Assembly: GCF_964194025.1 (NCBI RefSeq)
Contig: NC_134473.1
Location: forward strand, 58,528,001 to 58,592,000
Direction of reading: 5' to 3'
Length of the DNA: 64,000 bases
From: Convolutriloba macropyga
Taxonomy: Eukaryota
Below are positions 48,644 to 61,264 of the stretch, one piece after another. The notes beneath the pieces are model-generated. The model had not been told where the DNA came from, did not search any database, and saw only the letters and a list, made by a program, of their open reading frames with translations. Each line of letters begins with the position of its first letter. The first letter of the stretch is position 1. The position numbers were made by a program, and so were the translations under genes.

Positions 48644-50284
48644 TGGATAATAATCCAGACCAAAAAATTACTTTGGAACCAGATCATCCAAATTTGCTTA
48701 ACTTTATGAATTTCTTACAAAACACCAAAAAAGAACTCTTAGAAGGCGAATTTGACCTGAAATTTTTTTTCAAAACCTTAATTACTTTTTCTTTGCCTGA
48801 TATTTCCAAATCTTAAGATCTAGCACCTCACCAATTTTACTTTTCCTATAAATCATGACTACAAGCATTTGGGACCAAATCCGAAACTACGTCGGCCCAG
48901 AAGACATCGCCCCAAAACTACATACAAGCCAAAACATCAAAGTTTGCGTGGAATTCGGAATCCAATACAAGGAATCTTTTTTCAACGAATATGTTATATT
49001 ATAAATTGGAACCAAAGTGATCTGGGCACATTCCAATACAGACCTTCTCACGAAAAAATATTTTTTACACAACCTGGGAATATTACATTTATGTATACCA
49101 CTTGATTACTCCATCTCAAGGCACCTAACTAACCCACCAATACCGGGATTTTGAAATGGATATTGACGACCGCATTGAGTTTGAACCGGTTGGCATCTGT
49201 GTAATCACTTAAATGTGCATACAATTGTTTTCTATTCGAAGTAATTTTTTTTCTATCTCAGCATTTGACTCATTTGAGTCGCAATGTAATTTTTAATATA
49301 CAAACACCCCAAACAACTTAAAGGTAACACCCCCTCTTCTTATTTTCAGTTTCTAATCAATTTTACTCTGTACTTCTCTGGCCCCGAAAAAATCGCTGAG
49401 TCATAACTCGTGAGCACAATGAGCAAGCACCTCTAACAGAGCAAACTATTATTAACCGAACCATTTCCAAACATTACCAAAAAAATTGAACATCCCAACC
49501 TCTTATCACACGCGATTGAAAGTTAAAATATTGACTGTTTAAACTACATACGATTCAAAGAACTCACGCAAAATAACGACCCAAAGAACTCAGGAAACAT
49601 TTTTTCCAGAACAAAACCAAACTTGTACAGACAGAAACATTACCGATTGCTCAGTACCAACAAAAATAATCCTTTCAACATACGTTGAAAGGGCACGGAC
49701 TCGAAACAAAATCTCAAAAAATTAACAAAGAATTCCTGGCAGTGGAGTTCAAACCCAACAAAAACATAATTATTCCTTTGAAGGATCCTTTGGAGTAAAA
49801 AACAATTACACTATATTCTCCTCGCTGTCGTTCAACTGCGTTTTCGTTTCCCGTTTCCCATCCCATTTTCTTCGATTATCTCGTTTACTATTTTTTAAAA
49901 TTATACCACTATTACCAAAACTCTGCATATGCTCAGTCATATTACTAGCACCACAGTTCATATTTCTCTTTCTTTCGCACAGTCTAATACTGCCTTTTTA
50001 TTTTTATTGACATTACAATTCTTTTCACCACTCCTTTACGCACACAATAAGCAAACAATCCCAAAGTCCGATCGACAACCTGATTCGATTCATCACGCGA
50101 CTCCCAGCCAGTCACTAACGACACACCTCTGGTAAAAGTTAAAACAGCATGCGCACAGAAAGAAGGCTGGAACAACATATTATCTTTCGTGGGAATGAAA
50201 AATCAAACATCATTTCCCCAAACTACTTTCAGATGGACCCTTCGCAATTAAATCAATAAAATATTGCGGAGTACCCATACATCA

Positions 50285-50617
50285 TTAAAATCGCTTGACG
50301 TCTGTTAACTTCCACAAATCAGAAACAATTTTTCCCCACACGGTGTTTTCGAAACACTCATTCCTCCCAGTTTCAACATGTGCCGCCGTCAACCCGTCAT
50401 TCAACTGCAGCATTGCATCTCTCCTTACACTAGCAAAACCATTAGGCAAAACACCCCGTATCAAACCATCCACACAAAACGTCCATCCTATTGAATTACA
50501 CAAACCAGCATACGACCCAACTTCTTGATACAACCTGCTATTACCATTCTCCAACTTTATTTTACTAATATAATTATAAATATCGCCCTCATCTTTACAG
50601 CCTCGGAACCCTTCCAT
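50285..50617 (-). CDS. 110-aa antisense ORF of unknown function upstream of the putative 3' LTR
   Basis: ATG-initiated with globular-protein-like composition. Its ATG overlaps the TAA of ORF 50617..50823 (TAATG). No homology recognised. Confidence 0.4.
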   Translation of the reverse strand: MEGFRGCKDEGDIYNYISKIKLENGNSRLYQEVGSYAGLCNSIGWTFCVDGLIRGVLPNGFASVRRDAMLQLNDGLTAAHVETGRNECFENTVWGKIVSDLWKLTDVKRF

Positions 50618-51051
50618 TAAACTTTCTCGTTACTTATTTCTTCATTACTTATTGCTAATGGTACCTTAGTCCAACCCTTCTCTCCACCCAGTCCCGCTTT
50701 ATCTTCTATAGTTAACTTAATTAATTTTTGCAGTATTCTTTTCACAACATATAGCAGTCGCGTACACCAGCTCAATTTCTTCACATGCATCCGATGAGAA
50801 AATAAGGGGACAAATAAGAGCAAACAGGAAGAAAACTTTCAGCATATTGATCTAGAATACTCAATAAAACTTAGAACGAACCGCTATTGAAGTTGCTTTC
50901 CATTTATACTGAATTAGCTTAGTAAATCCCTTGAATTCGACAATACCGCTAATCAGGACCTACTTGGCACAGCACTCTAGGCAACCCTGTTTAAAATCAT
51001 AAGATTAAAGGTTCGAAACGCATCGCCGTCGCTTTTTCTAAAGAGACGTAA

Positions 51052-51192
51052 TATAACGATGCTGAGATGCTTTTGATTGGTGGAAAGATTTTGTAAATTT
51101 ATACAGCACGCATTTATTATCTTGAAAATCACACAGACAATTCTGCTCAGTACAGCTCAGTTGGTTACTTGGAAACTTGAATAAAACTTACA
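51052..51192 (+). repeat. Candidate 3' LTR of the gypsy element
   Basis: T-run and purine-rich aaagagacgtaa (PPT-like), then TATAA (one change from TGTAA)...AATAAA..TTACA. No 5' LTR in the window to confirm; the right end is uncertain. Confidence 0.5.
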
Positions 51193-51562
51193 TTAGAAAA
51201 AGCGTTTTTACCGAACCCGCGCTCCGAATAGCACTTAGCAAAAACTCTCAATTAAAAGCCTTTATTAGAAAGGAAACTGCAACGATAACTCTGTCTTCAT
51301 ACCAAATAGCACTTGGCTTTAGCACCTACATAGCCGCCTCTAAAAAGATAGAAAAAGGTATAAGCAAATTAGAAAGAGAGTTATCATGGATGCAAACAGG
51401 ATCAACAACATATTACTGCAGCTTCAAACCCAAAAATCACTTCAAAACAAAACAAAGGACATAAATAGAGGAAAAAATGGCACAAAATGATTAGCTATAT
51501 GAACCATTGCTGAAACTATCCGAAGTCAGAATTCATTAATTTAAAGCAGCGTAAGATCAACA

Positions 51563-51758
51563 CCGCCACGGTGCTCTAATTGTGTGAGCAGTTTCAGTTA
51601 AATTCCAAAAACAAACTAAAGTTAAGGCTTAAAACAATGAGTAAATGAATTTAAACTCAGCCGCCACGGTGCTCTAATTGTGTGAGCAGTTTCAGTTAAA
51701 TTCCAAAAACAAACTCAAGTTAAGGCTTAAATCAATGAGTAAATGAATTTAAACTCAG
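51563..51758. repeat. 98-bp tandem duplication
   Basis: ccgccacggtgctctaattgtg...aaactcag occurs twice. Confidence 0.95.
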
Positions 51759-52706
51759 TTCAGTTGAAAGAGCGAGTGAGTTAAATCACACGTCAAACGT
51801 GAAAGTGGTTACTTAGGTACAACGAAACGTGATCGAAAGGTAAAACGAATTTTAAAATAGCAAAACCTGAACTAAAATTCTGCATTTTGAAAAACTCGAT
51901 CAGAAAAACTCAAAAAATCATTTAAAAATCGCTTGAAAAAATCAAAAAAGAAATTGAAAACAGATCATACTGCCACACTTGAACATAACCGACTACCTTC
52001 GGGCGAATTACTCCCAAACGACCGGCGATCGGTTGGCTTCGTCAGTAGATGGCTACGGTTTAGTGACGCTAGCTTTAGCTTAACTGAAGGGACGTGAGGT
52101 GAGCGCAGCGGGAAGGGGTTGGGGTTCACCGGGGTCGTCTTTACTTTGTCCTAATTTGACTTCAGAAAAAATGGAAACGTGCTGGTGGGGGGCACGGGGG
52201 TGCACGGGGTCGTCTTTACTTTGTCCTAATTTGACTTCAGAAAAAATGAAAACGTGTCAACAGATATTTAAAAAAGAGAGCGCCTCAATACAATTCAGGT
52301 TCTCTAAATTGTAAGAAAAGGAGAGAGCCTAAATAATAGCCAGAGAGGCTGACGCGCCTATTAAAAACTTTTCGCGCTTAGTTCACGCGTCAATTTTACT
52401 CAAGTTCATAGTTAAGAAGCCACCTGAAGTTCCGGTAAAACAAACTAAAACCAATATTGCTCTTCGAGAAGGAGGAAAGGGGAGTGAATTAGAGAAATAT
52501 TCATTCAGAATACAAGATAACTCAGCTTCTTAAAATTGTTAAAGATATTTAGATCACGCAAAATCCATGAAGTCAAGTTGCTAAAAGTCGGCTACTAAAA
52601 AGAGCAAGTCACTCACTAAAGTATTTAACGCAATAGCAAGCCGAATACATACAGAGGCCAAATTTATTGACCAAAGACCAATTATCGGGGAAAAATGGAC
52701 ACATAC

Positions 52707-52911
52707 CTAGCCTGCTGTTCAATGTCTCTGATCCTCTGTAGTTCCTCTTGATTCTTGGCCTCTCCGAGTCTGACCATCTCTGCATCTCTTCTCTTCTCAT
52801 CGGCCACTGCTTCCTTCTTCCGAGCCAGACTGGCTTCCATCTCATCTTTGAGAGCGACCAGTTCCCTCGCCCTCTTCACTCGAGTACTTTCAGACTCTTC
52901 AGCCAGACGCT
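52707..52911 (-). CDS. TUBGCP6: TUBGCP6 exon: RLAEESESTRVKRARELVALKDEM...RDIEQQAR
   Basis: Lies within ORF 52682..52927. tatag acceptor and GTATGT donor; 205 nt, phase 1-2. Charged coiled-coil like the GCP6 segment before the insertion domain. Confidence 0.87.
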
Positions 52912-53499
52912 CTATAACACATGTCAATTCTCTTCATTAATTAAAGATTTTCATTACACTTAAGAGAAAGACAAAACGCACATTTTGATCTATTCTGCTA
53001 CCGGTAGTTTCCTTTATGACACTAGTTGTCAATGATCTGCAGTTATTCAGCACGCCACTAAATGCCTCATGCTCACTAAAAGCGGAAAGTGAGCAGAGGG
53101 GAGGGGAGGGGGACTCTCAACGTCATTTGGATTAGGCAATGTGATGCTTCCATGACAATTGCAGACCATAGAGGAAAAAAATATAAGCTCTAATTGATTA
53201 GGAAAGAGACCATTTCTGTCAAATGTATGAGAAAGTTTAAAATTGCATGGAATCCTATCAAACATACCAGATATATTACAAATTGACATCAGACGTAAAT
53301 AAACTCAAAAGTTATAACCACGTCAATTGCTTGAAAAAATCAAATTATCATTACGTCAATTGATTGTCATTTCACTATAAAAATGAGAAAACTAGATCAT
53401 TGGAACAAAAATTCTGAATAGTTTGAAAGACAAGTTGTATAACGTCACATCCTGATAAAAGATTCAATCACAAAAATTCAATCACAAGGCCATACTCAC

Positions 53500-53581
53500 T
53501 CGCCAGCTCCTCAAACTCTTGTGTCGCAGCCCTTCTAATCTCGGCTTGTATTCGATGCTTCCTGTTTGCTACTTCATTCTC
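53500..53581 (-). CDS. TUBGCP6: TUBGCP6 exon: ENEVANRKHRIQAEIRRAATQEFEELA (coiled-coil region)
   Basis: ttttgccag acceptor and GTGAGT donor; 82 nt, phase 0-1, consistent with both neighbouring exons. Confidence 0.85.
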
Positions 53582-53662
53582 CTGGCAAAAAACCACGGTT
53601 TTCTGTAAACAGTTATCACAAAAATCGGGCTACTTTCTTTTCATTGGTTTTTGATTACATAC

Positions 53663-53812
53663 CTGTTCATTTCGAACGACTATCTCGGCATCAATCAAAG
53701 CTTGGAGTTGCGAGGTGTACGAATCAACCTCCTTCTCCACTTGTTTGACCTCAGCTGGGTCAAAAGTTACAGTTAAACGCGGCGACTGCAGGTAGTTGCT
53801 GACCAAATAATG
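53663..53812 (-). CDS. TUBGCP6: TUBGCP6 exon: HYLVSNYLQSPRLTVTFDPAEVKQVEKEVDSY...NEQ
   Basis: ttttcag acceptor and GTATGT donor; 150 nt, phase 0-0. Resembles GCP6 HYLC..VPRISVIFSLEELKEIEKDC. Confidence 0.88.
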
Positions 53813-54798
53813 CTGAAAATAAAGGACATTCAGAACCGCTTACAACTGTATGAGTTTGTCAGAAGATAGGGGATCAATTTAAAACTGCTTCAGTATGGAA
53901 GGGGGTCAATACGAAAGAATTGTCAAATGATTTTATTAGAGCTAACTACACTACAAGATTCATTTTGAAAAATGAAATCAATTGCAGCGCACTTTCCATT
54001 TGACTTTTTGTGTAATCTGCCCCCAATTCGGTTAAGCTGTTTAAAACTCTGAATGAAAGGAATTTGACATGCACAAATCAAGAAATCAAGCCTGAAAAAA
54101 AAACTTGATAACTTTTCAAAGGAAAAAAAACGCTCGTCCGAAATATAACAGAAAGAGACCAACAGGACTACAATAATGGCTACAAAATATGTTTGCGGAC
54201 AATTAATAAAGACCAAAAATAGCAGAACAGCAATAGCTCAGAAAAAAACATTCAAATTTAATTCTATTACACAGAAACAATGCTACCCTATTTTTAAAAC
54301 TGAGATTATAGAAGTTAATAGAGTATCATATAGTATCGTAGAAACAATCTGAATAAACCAAAAACAAAAAGGGGGTCTTTTTAGATCTTAATTTTTTACT
54401 TTTGAAAAATTGAGCCAAAAATGGTGAACAAACATGCATTGGGTATATAATTTACAATATTGTAGCTATTAGCTGTGGAAATATAACCGACCTACGACGC
54501 AAGTTTGCTTGAAAATGACTGACGTGGGGCTGTCGCTCGTCAAACCTAGCTTAGCATGAGGAACTGTGATAAATTGGTATCTAAAAAGTCATTCAAGTAA
54601 AAGCCGTATTTCAGTTTAAAAAAAGCAATAAAACAACACAAAAAGGTAAAACTCACAAAACACCAAAAAGTCCTCGTCCTCGATTTTAGCATAAAACTCA
54701 TATTAATAACCCATAAATATCAAAACACTAACCAAAGCAGGACTTTAATTGCTGTTAAAACCGATTCGAACCCCTTAACCAAAAGTAGGTTAAATTTA

Positions 54799-55329
54799 AA
54801 ACATACCCGGCAGATTGTCGGAAAGTAGCCGCCGTTGTTTCCAATAAGCATGATTGGGATTGAAAGAATAGAGGATATCGAAAAAAAAATTTTTGTACAA
54901 AAACATTTTTTAAGTCCGATTTATTTTGATGGCATTTCGTAGTTGAACATACTTCTGTTTCTTAGAGAGAGGCTACAGGGGCTACTATCAATACCAATAA
55001 GCATAAGAGATGGTAACTAAGACTTATAGGAACGACGTTCAAATAGCGGGCATCTAAAATTGGGCTTAATGAGTTTATCCCGTTTCTATTTCTGACTTCA
55101 ATTTTTTTATTCTGACTGTGTTCATTTTGAAATGCTTTGCTGAGCAACTGATGTTCAAATTCACTTTTAGCAGAATTAGAGAAGAGAGAAACTAGCCTAG
55201 AGAAGTCAAAAAGTTTTCACGCAAAATGCTGAAAAAGCGGCAAAATGATAAAGCGAAAAAAAGTTCGACGAAGTAAAAAAAATTAGGAGCGCTATAATAG
55301 CTGGCTGAGAAGATGAGGGCGGCTATTAA
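54799..55329 (-). mobile_element. HINE-like element, family A1; shorter copy at 57669..57989
   Basis: acatacccggcagattgtcggaaagtagccgcc ... gagggcggctattaa. Interior is shared with 27642..28064 and ~3000-3470. Confidence 0.75.
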
Positions 55330-56729
55330 AAAACTGTTTGAGAAAGCTACACGTGACCAAAATCAGCTTGCTCATCAGCTTTTTACACCTCATTTCCTCC
55401 CCTCTCGTGAACAGCGGTAAGAACAAAAAACCACATTTCAAATTTGTTCAACATTCAAACCACACAAGATTTTCTCGCAATTCAATTCCTGCTTAATTCT
55501 CCAATAAAATTGATTAAAAAAACATGGCCAACAGAATTCTGGAAACGACTCGAAGTCGCATCCGTCGAAATAACTAAATTTTCAAATAGCTAAATCGAGC
55601 CGTCAGAACGCTTCAAAGCAGAGAACATGACCGACTAACGCCGGGCGGATTGCTCTCAAACGACTGGCGAGCGGTTGCTTTTGTCAGTAGCTTGCTACTG
55701 GAAGGAGGCTATCTTTAGCATAATTGGAGAGGCGCTAGGTGAGCGCTGCAGGAGTTAGCCAAAAAGGAAACAAACCTAAAAATTAGGAAAATTTAATTAA
55801 CATTCCATATAGGACAAAAACACATAGAAACAAAAAGCATTCTTTAATCCAATCAGAATTATTAATTTAACCAGACAATATTATGCAAATTATAATATGC
55901 AACCCACAAAAATTTTTATATAGAAAAAAAATTATAATCAACTAAGTGCTCACAAATAGTAGGCAAGCGATAATAAGCTCACGAAAACTAAAAATTCAAA
56001 TATTTCATTTTCTTAAATCATTTTGCCCCAAAAACATTATTAAATTTGTAACATAAAATGCCTAGCAGCTCTAGGCTTCAATTCAGTTAAGAAAAAAGGA
56101 ATAAAAACGAAAATTCCATTAAGGTAAAATTACCTTTAAATGCCAAAAAGCTTCAAAACCTTATCAGAGTAGCAACCTGAAGAGTGTCAATTTAGTCTGC
56201 AGTATCTCTTCAAATTTCTTCACCGCAACAACTTTTTCAACGTCTATTTACTCCCTGAACTTCTGGTTTCGTTGCTCGCTCACCTATCCATCAACAGAAA
56301 AGCCGTGGAGTTATAAGAAGACAGAACATCAATACAATTCAATTCCTTGAATTGTGAAAAACCAAGAGAAGGCCAACAAACACTCGATATTTAAACTATT
56401 AATAAAAACAATTAGACAAGAACCTGAACGCACGAAAATAATTCTTCATCCACTCATCTAGAGACGAGGTAACCCGTGATATAACCAATTCTCTACTAAT
56501 CCATATAGGGTGAAAAGACTTCAAAAAATTGCCGCATACATAATGAAGCTGAAAAAACTGCACAATGGTGTGTTGTCCTCGGCCTTCATTGGTTTATCCC
56601 GTTTCCTTCCACAGTCTGATACTAACAAAAAAGACATGACGTATAAATACAAATCAACAAATATATCGCAAAAAAAATGCCAGAATAAAGGACTGAAACG
56701 ATTGGTACAATTTGTTATTTGAGATGAAT

Positions 56730-57430
56730 AACTATCTAAGGGACACACCTTCTTAGGGCAAAGCTTTTAGACTCCGCTTGTCTATGAGAGTATCCTGTTT
56801 AATGACGTCTTTGTTTAATGACGATTTTGAAAGCACTGCTTTTATTTTTGGATGACGTTTAGTATAACAACTTGTGTTGTCTTTGACCTCAGCAAGGCGT
56901 TCGATACTGTACGCCACCAGACTCAATTCCGAAACAAGCTTATTTTGGATCTGATACTCTGTCTATAATGCTGATTAAAAATGCTGCGTTTTATTTCGTC
57001 TCTTTAAACTACATCCTTTTCAAATGATTTTCAATGTCTTGTATCAATGATAACATTACATGATGTAATATCAATGTAAATCTGTCTAAGCCAAAAGACA
57101 TTGATTAGCTTCAGTTATGGTCTAAAGAACTTCGTTTGAAATCGAAACGTCATTTTCTGCGTTTGAGTAAAAATCGAGAATCAGATCTTAGCCCCGATGG
57201 GAATAGATTAAGTTGTACTAAAGTTAATCCTGATTTGAACGTCGATGTTGGAGACAATTTGAAACTGGAATGCCACATCAGAGGTAAACGTGCGAAAACT
57301 CGTCCGTTTAATCAATTTCTCGCGCCAAGGATCCCATCAACTCTTTCAGCTGTGTTCCCGTGTTTTATCAATTTTACGCATCGGAGGCATGGTTCGCAGA
57401 TCCGAAACTTGGTAAACGGTGTTTAAGAGA
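56730..57430 (+). mobile_element. Decayed LINE RT fragment
   Basis: VVFDLSKAFDTVRH at ~56874-56915 and DLNVDVGDNLKLECHI at ~57232-57280. Confidence 0.7.
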
Positions 57431-58065
57431 AGAAGGCTATGAACAACTTCTGAATTTTTCTATCACGCTACCAAAAGCATATCAGTTAATCGAGCAAAAT
57501 AATCGGTTTTTTAACATAAATTAACAAAAATATCTATCAAGTTTGAAGATTGCTTCTCTCACCAGTCATCAGCGCTTACCCTTTGTAGCGCGGCAACGCA
57601 TATGCTAAGTATCCGTAGTAGCAAAAAGGAACAGACTTGAAATTTTTCAGCGCATTGCTTTGACTTTAAAACATGCCTAGCAGATGTTGGAAAATAGCCG
57701 ACATTGATTCCCATAGCACCGATTGGGATTGAAGGAACAAGGAAAAGATTTGATTGCTGAACAAAGAACATTTTTAAAGTCCAAACTTTTATATTTTAAT
57801 TTGTTGTTAGACATACTTCGCTTTCATAATGAGAGGATACAGGGGCTAGTATCAGTACGGAAAAGCATTAGAGATGGTAACCAGGACCTATAAAAACAGT
57901 TAAAGTGGAGGGCATCTACCATTGGGCTTTGAATCGCAAAAAAATAGGCCCGCTAAAAAGACGACTGAGAAGATGAGGGCGGCTAATAACGATAGTTATT
58001 ATCGGTTTGTAACAAAGGTCAGCGTGACTTAAAAGTTGAATTTTTTTATTGAATTGTGTAGGAAT

Positions 58066-58507
58066 AAACATAAACGACTAAAGTCGGGCGAATTGTTCTC
58101 AAACGACCGGCGAGAGGGTGGCTTCGTCAGTAGCAAGCCAGGGTTTAGTGAGGCTAGCTTTAGATTAACTGAAGGGGCGTAAGGTGAGCACAGCGCGAGT
58201 GCAAAAGAGGATTAGGAGACTAATGTGGGGGCAGCGGGTGGGCGGAGTGTGGGTTCAATTTCTAAGAACCGCCTTTCACACCATAAGTATAAGTTTCCAA
58301 AAACAGTTTCTGTTAATCGCATACTTGAAGACTAGTGGGCTGAACGGCTCTACGAGAACTTAAAGCAAACTGGGTGCCACCTCCTTATTCCATGTCTGAG
58401 GACGAACGCCAAATGGGCCAAACAAAAAATCCGCCAAGCGAAAAATTGCATGAAAGAGACGAACAGGACTAAAATATTTGCAACAAATTGCTTTTGAGAG
58501 CAATTAA
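58066..58507 (-). mobile_element. HINE-like element, family B variant; related ends at ~8905, ~20633, ~28925, ~51982 and ~55624
   Basis: cgact-aa-agtcg hairpin with subTIR aattgttctcaaa / tttgagagcaatt. Confidence 0.7.
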
Positions 58508-58639
58508 AAATTATTTCCTATAAACTGCCTGTTAAGTCATTTACGATAAATACATTTCTACTACAAATCATCGTTAATGCGAATCAGAGATGATGATATT
58601 AGGCCAGATAACATCAGCTGAAGTGCGGCATCAACAAAG

Positions 58640-58657
58640 AGAGAGATAGAGATAGAG

Positions 58658-58716
<59 letters not shown>
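58640..58716 (+). repeat. (GA)n microsatellite
   Basis: Directly visible. Confidence 0.97.
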
Positions 58717-58719
<3 letters not shown>

Positions 58720-58879
58720 AACCTGAACGAGAAACACGGAAAGAAACTCTAACCGACAGAGAGAGAGAGAGAGAAGGAGGGCTAGGAATAATTTCCATGA
58801 CAGAATTCGACTCTTCAACTTCTAGCTTTCTACCCTTGTTAGTAAACAAATCATATAGAGGACTGAAAAAGGCAAAAAT

Positions 58880-60295
58880 AAAGAAGTTTTCAGTTTTGCA
58901 GTAAAAACGGTTCAAAACCATTTTTTGTCTCGAAAGTTTTGACAAGTAAAACCATCTCCAAGACAGAAAAAGTTTTGTTGGCACCATATTATCAAACCTT
59001 GGAGGAGGTCCCAGGGCCCCTGGTGACGGAAAAAATTCCAGAACCTGAAAAAAAATGCAAATATTTGAAAAAAGCATAAATTCGTGACATTAAAATCTTG
59101 AAAAACATTCCACTAAATCTGAAAACTGTGCAGCAACATAACATTAAACCCTAGAGGAATTTCCGTGGCTCTTGAGGCTAGAGAAACCTAAAAAATGACA
59201 CAAAAATTGAAAACTTGAAAAAAGCAAGTTTTATAAAAAAAATTGCTAAAATTTGAGACATTAAAAAAAATGAAGATCTTTTCCATGGCCAATAAAAATT
59301 TGTCATTAAATTATCATCAAATCCGTTAGGATGTTTTCTGGCCCCTGAGTCTGGATAGACCTGAATAATGAAAATGTCGAAAAATTTGAAAAAAATTGCA
59401 CGTTTTGTCAAAAAAATGCTACAATTCGTGATGTTTATATGTTGAAACCATTCCATTACCATTAGAAACTATACAGTAGGCTACTATCAAACCCTAGATG
59501 AAGTTCCTTGGCTCTTAAGACTGAAAATACCTAAAAAACGACAAACATTTCGAAAAAAAGAACAAGTTTTATAAAAAAAAATTGCTAAAATTTGTGACAT
59601 TAGAAAGTTGAAGAACTAATCCATTACCAGCAAAAATTTTCCAGTAACTTATTATCAAAACCTGAAACAGCTATTTTTGACCCTTGCGGCTCAAAAAATC
59701 TGCATAATGACTTAAATGTCAAAAAACTAAATAAACTGGCAAAAATTGTCAAAAAAAATGCTAAATTTCGTGATGTTAAAATCTTGCAAGATATTTCATT
59801 ACTTCTAGAACTCATACAGTAACCTATTTTCAAACCCTTGCAAATTTGAGGCTGAAAAAACTTGAGGAGGTTACTTGGCTCTTGAGGCTGAAAAGACCTA
59901 AAAGAAACGGCAAAAATTTCCAAAAAAAATCAAAATTTTCGAAATGGCTAAAATTTGTTACACTAAATAGTTGAAAAACTATTCCATGACCAGTAAAAAT
60001 TTGCCAGCAACTTATTATCAAACCCAATAGGAGATTTTCTGGTCCCTGGGTCTGGAGAGGCCAGATTAATTAAAACTAAATGTCAAAAAATTTGAAAAAA
60101 ATTGCAAGGTTTGTCAAAAAAAAATAATGAAATTCGTAATGTTAAAATGTTGAAACCATTTCATTGTCACTAAAAACTATGCAGTAACCTATTATTAAAA
60201 CCTAGAGGAGGTTTCTGGAAACCGAGGTCTGAAAAACTCAAAAAATGACACAAATTTTCAAAAAAAAAATTGAAAAAAATTGCAAAATAGTATAA
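58880..60295. repeat. Diverged tandem satellite, about 4 units of about 345 bp
   Basis: Recurring anchors aaaccctag / aaacccttg / aaacctag (~59147, 59489, 59832, 60198) and attatcaaa (~58988, 59651, 60014). Confidence 0.85.
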
Positions 60296-60731
60296 ATTTG
60301 CTCGTTTTAGCGAGCGGTTGTTCGTCAGTAGCTAGAAATGGGGGTGCAATGAGGACTGATGGGCGTGGGGCAACAGTGGATGGGTCTTCAACTTCTGAGA
60401 ACAGCCCTTCACACCATAAGTAAAAGTCTCCAAAACAGTTTGAGCAGAAACAGAGCTGAAAGGCTCTAAGAGCACTCAATGCCCGCTGGGTGCTACCTCT
60501 TTATCCCGTTTTTGAGGAAAAAAAGTCAAAAGCGTCAGAGGAAAAATGGGTCAAGCGAAAAATTGCATAAAAAAACCGACAAGACTATTATAATTGCTAC
60601 AAACTTCGTTTGAGAGCAATTAAACATAAACCGACAAATGTCGGAAGAATTGCTCTTGAACGACAGGCGAGGCAATTTAACTCATGGTCTTCAGTCTAGA
60701 TCAATTTTTCTTTCTGGGTGCAAACAAACTT

Positions 60732-60803
60732 TGACCCCACCGGGATTCGAACCACTGACATCTCGATCCATGACCAGCCGCACTATCCACTGAGCTACGA
60801 GTC
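60732..60803 (-). pseudogene. tRNA-like cassette with intact A and B boxes
   Basis: GACTCGTAGCTCAGTGGATAGTGCG...GGTTCGAATCCCGGTGGGGTCA. Acceptor stem pairs partly; the anticodon arm does not fold well. Confidence 0.65.
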
Positions 60804-61264
60804 ACCTAATGTTCCTACGCTGCAACCGATTTTATATTACCAATTACGGAGCACTAGAGATCACTCAAAATCGATTAGCGAAAGCGTGAAAAAGTCACTT
60901 GAGAAGTCAAAGAATGTTCTAGAAGAAAAGCGCAAAATTGTCAAGCGAAAAATTTGCATAAAAACTAGCAGGCCCGCAAAAGTATAACAAGATCATTTGA
61001 AAAATAAAAAGTTTAAAAATCATTTTTTTCTACCACTTCGGGCTGGAACACATGCCCATCGTTCAACAGCCATAGGTATTACGTTACGTTGATGTGTTTG
61101 GTTTAGTATAATACCTCCAAGTCCCAGCAATTTTGTGTTCAACTTTTTTCGGCTTTGCTGACACATAATTAGGGAGCGCTAAGACTTGTACAGATAACGA
61201 AATTCTACATAGTGTCGTAGCGTAACGCATGTAATACGTAAGGCTGCATTTTTAAGGAGCGTAA

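Noticed and set aside
56175-56285. Exon-like minus-strand segment VSEQRNQKFRE*IDVEK...
   Set aside because: In-frame stop, and not needed for the gene model.
56424-56548. Candidate TUBGCP6 exon LHYVCGNFLKSFHP...
   Set aside because: Exon 53663..53812 fits the GCP6 sequence much better and joins 63920 in phase. This candidate ends in an incompatible phase.
60732-60803. Functional tRNA gene
   Set aside because: Anticodon and acceptor stems pair poorly and it lies inside a repeat; kept as a pseudogene cassette.
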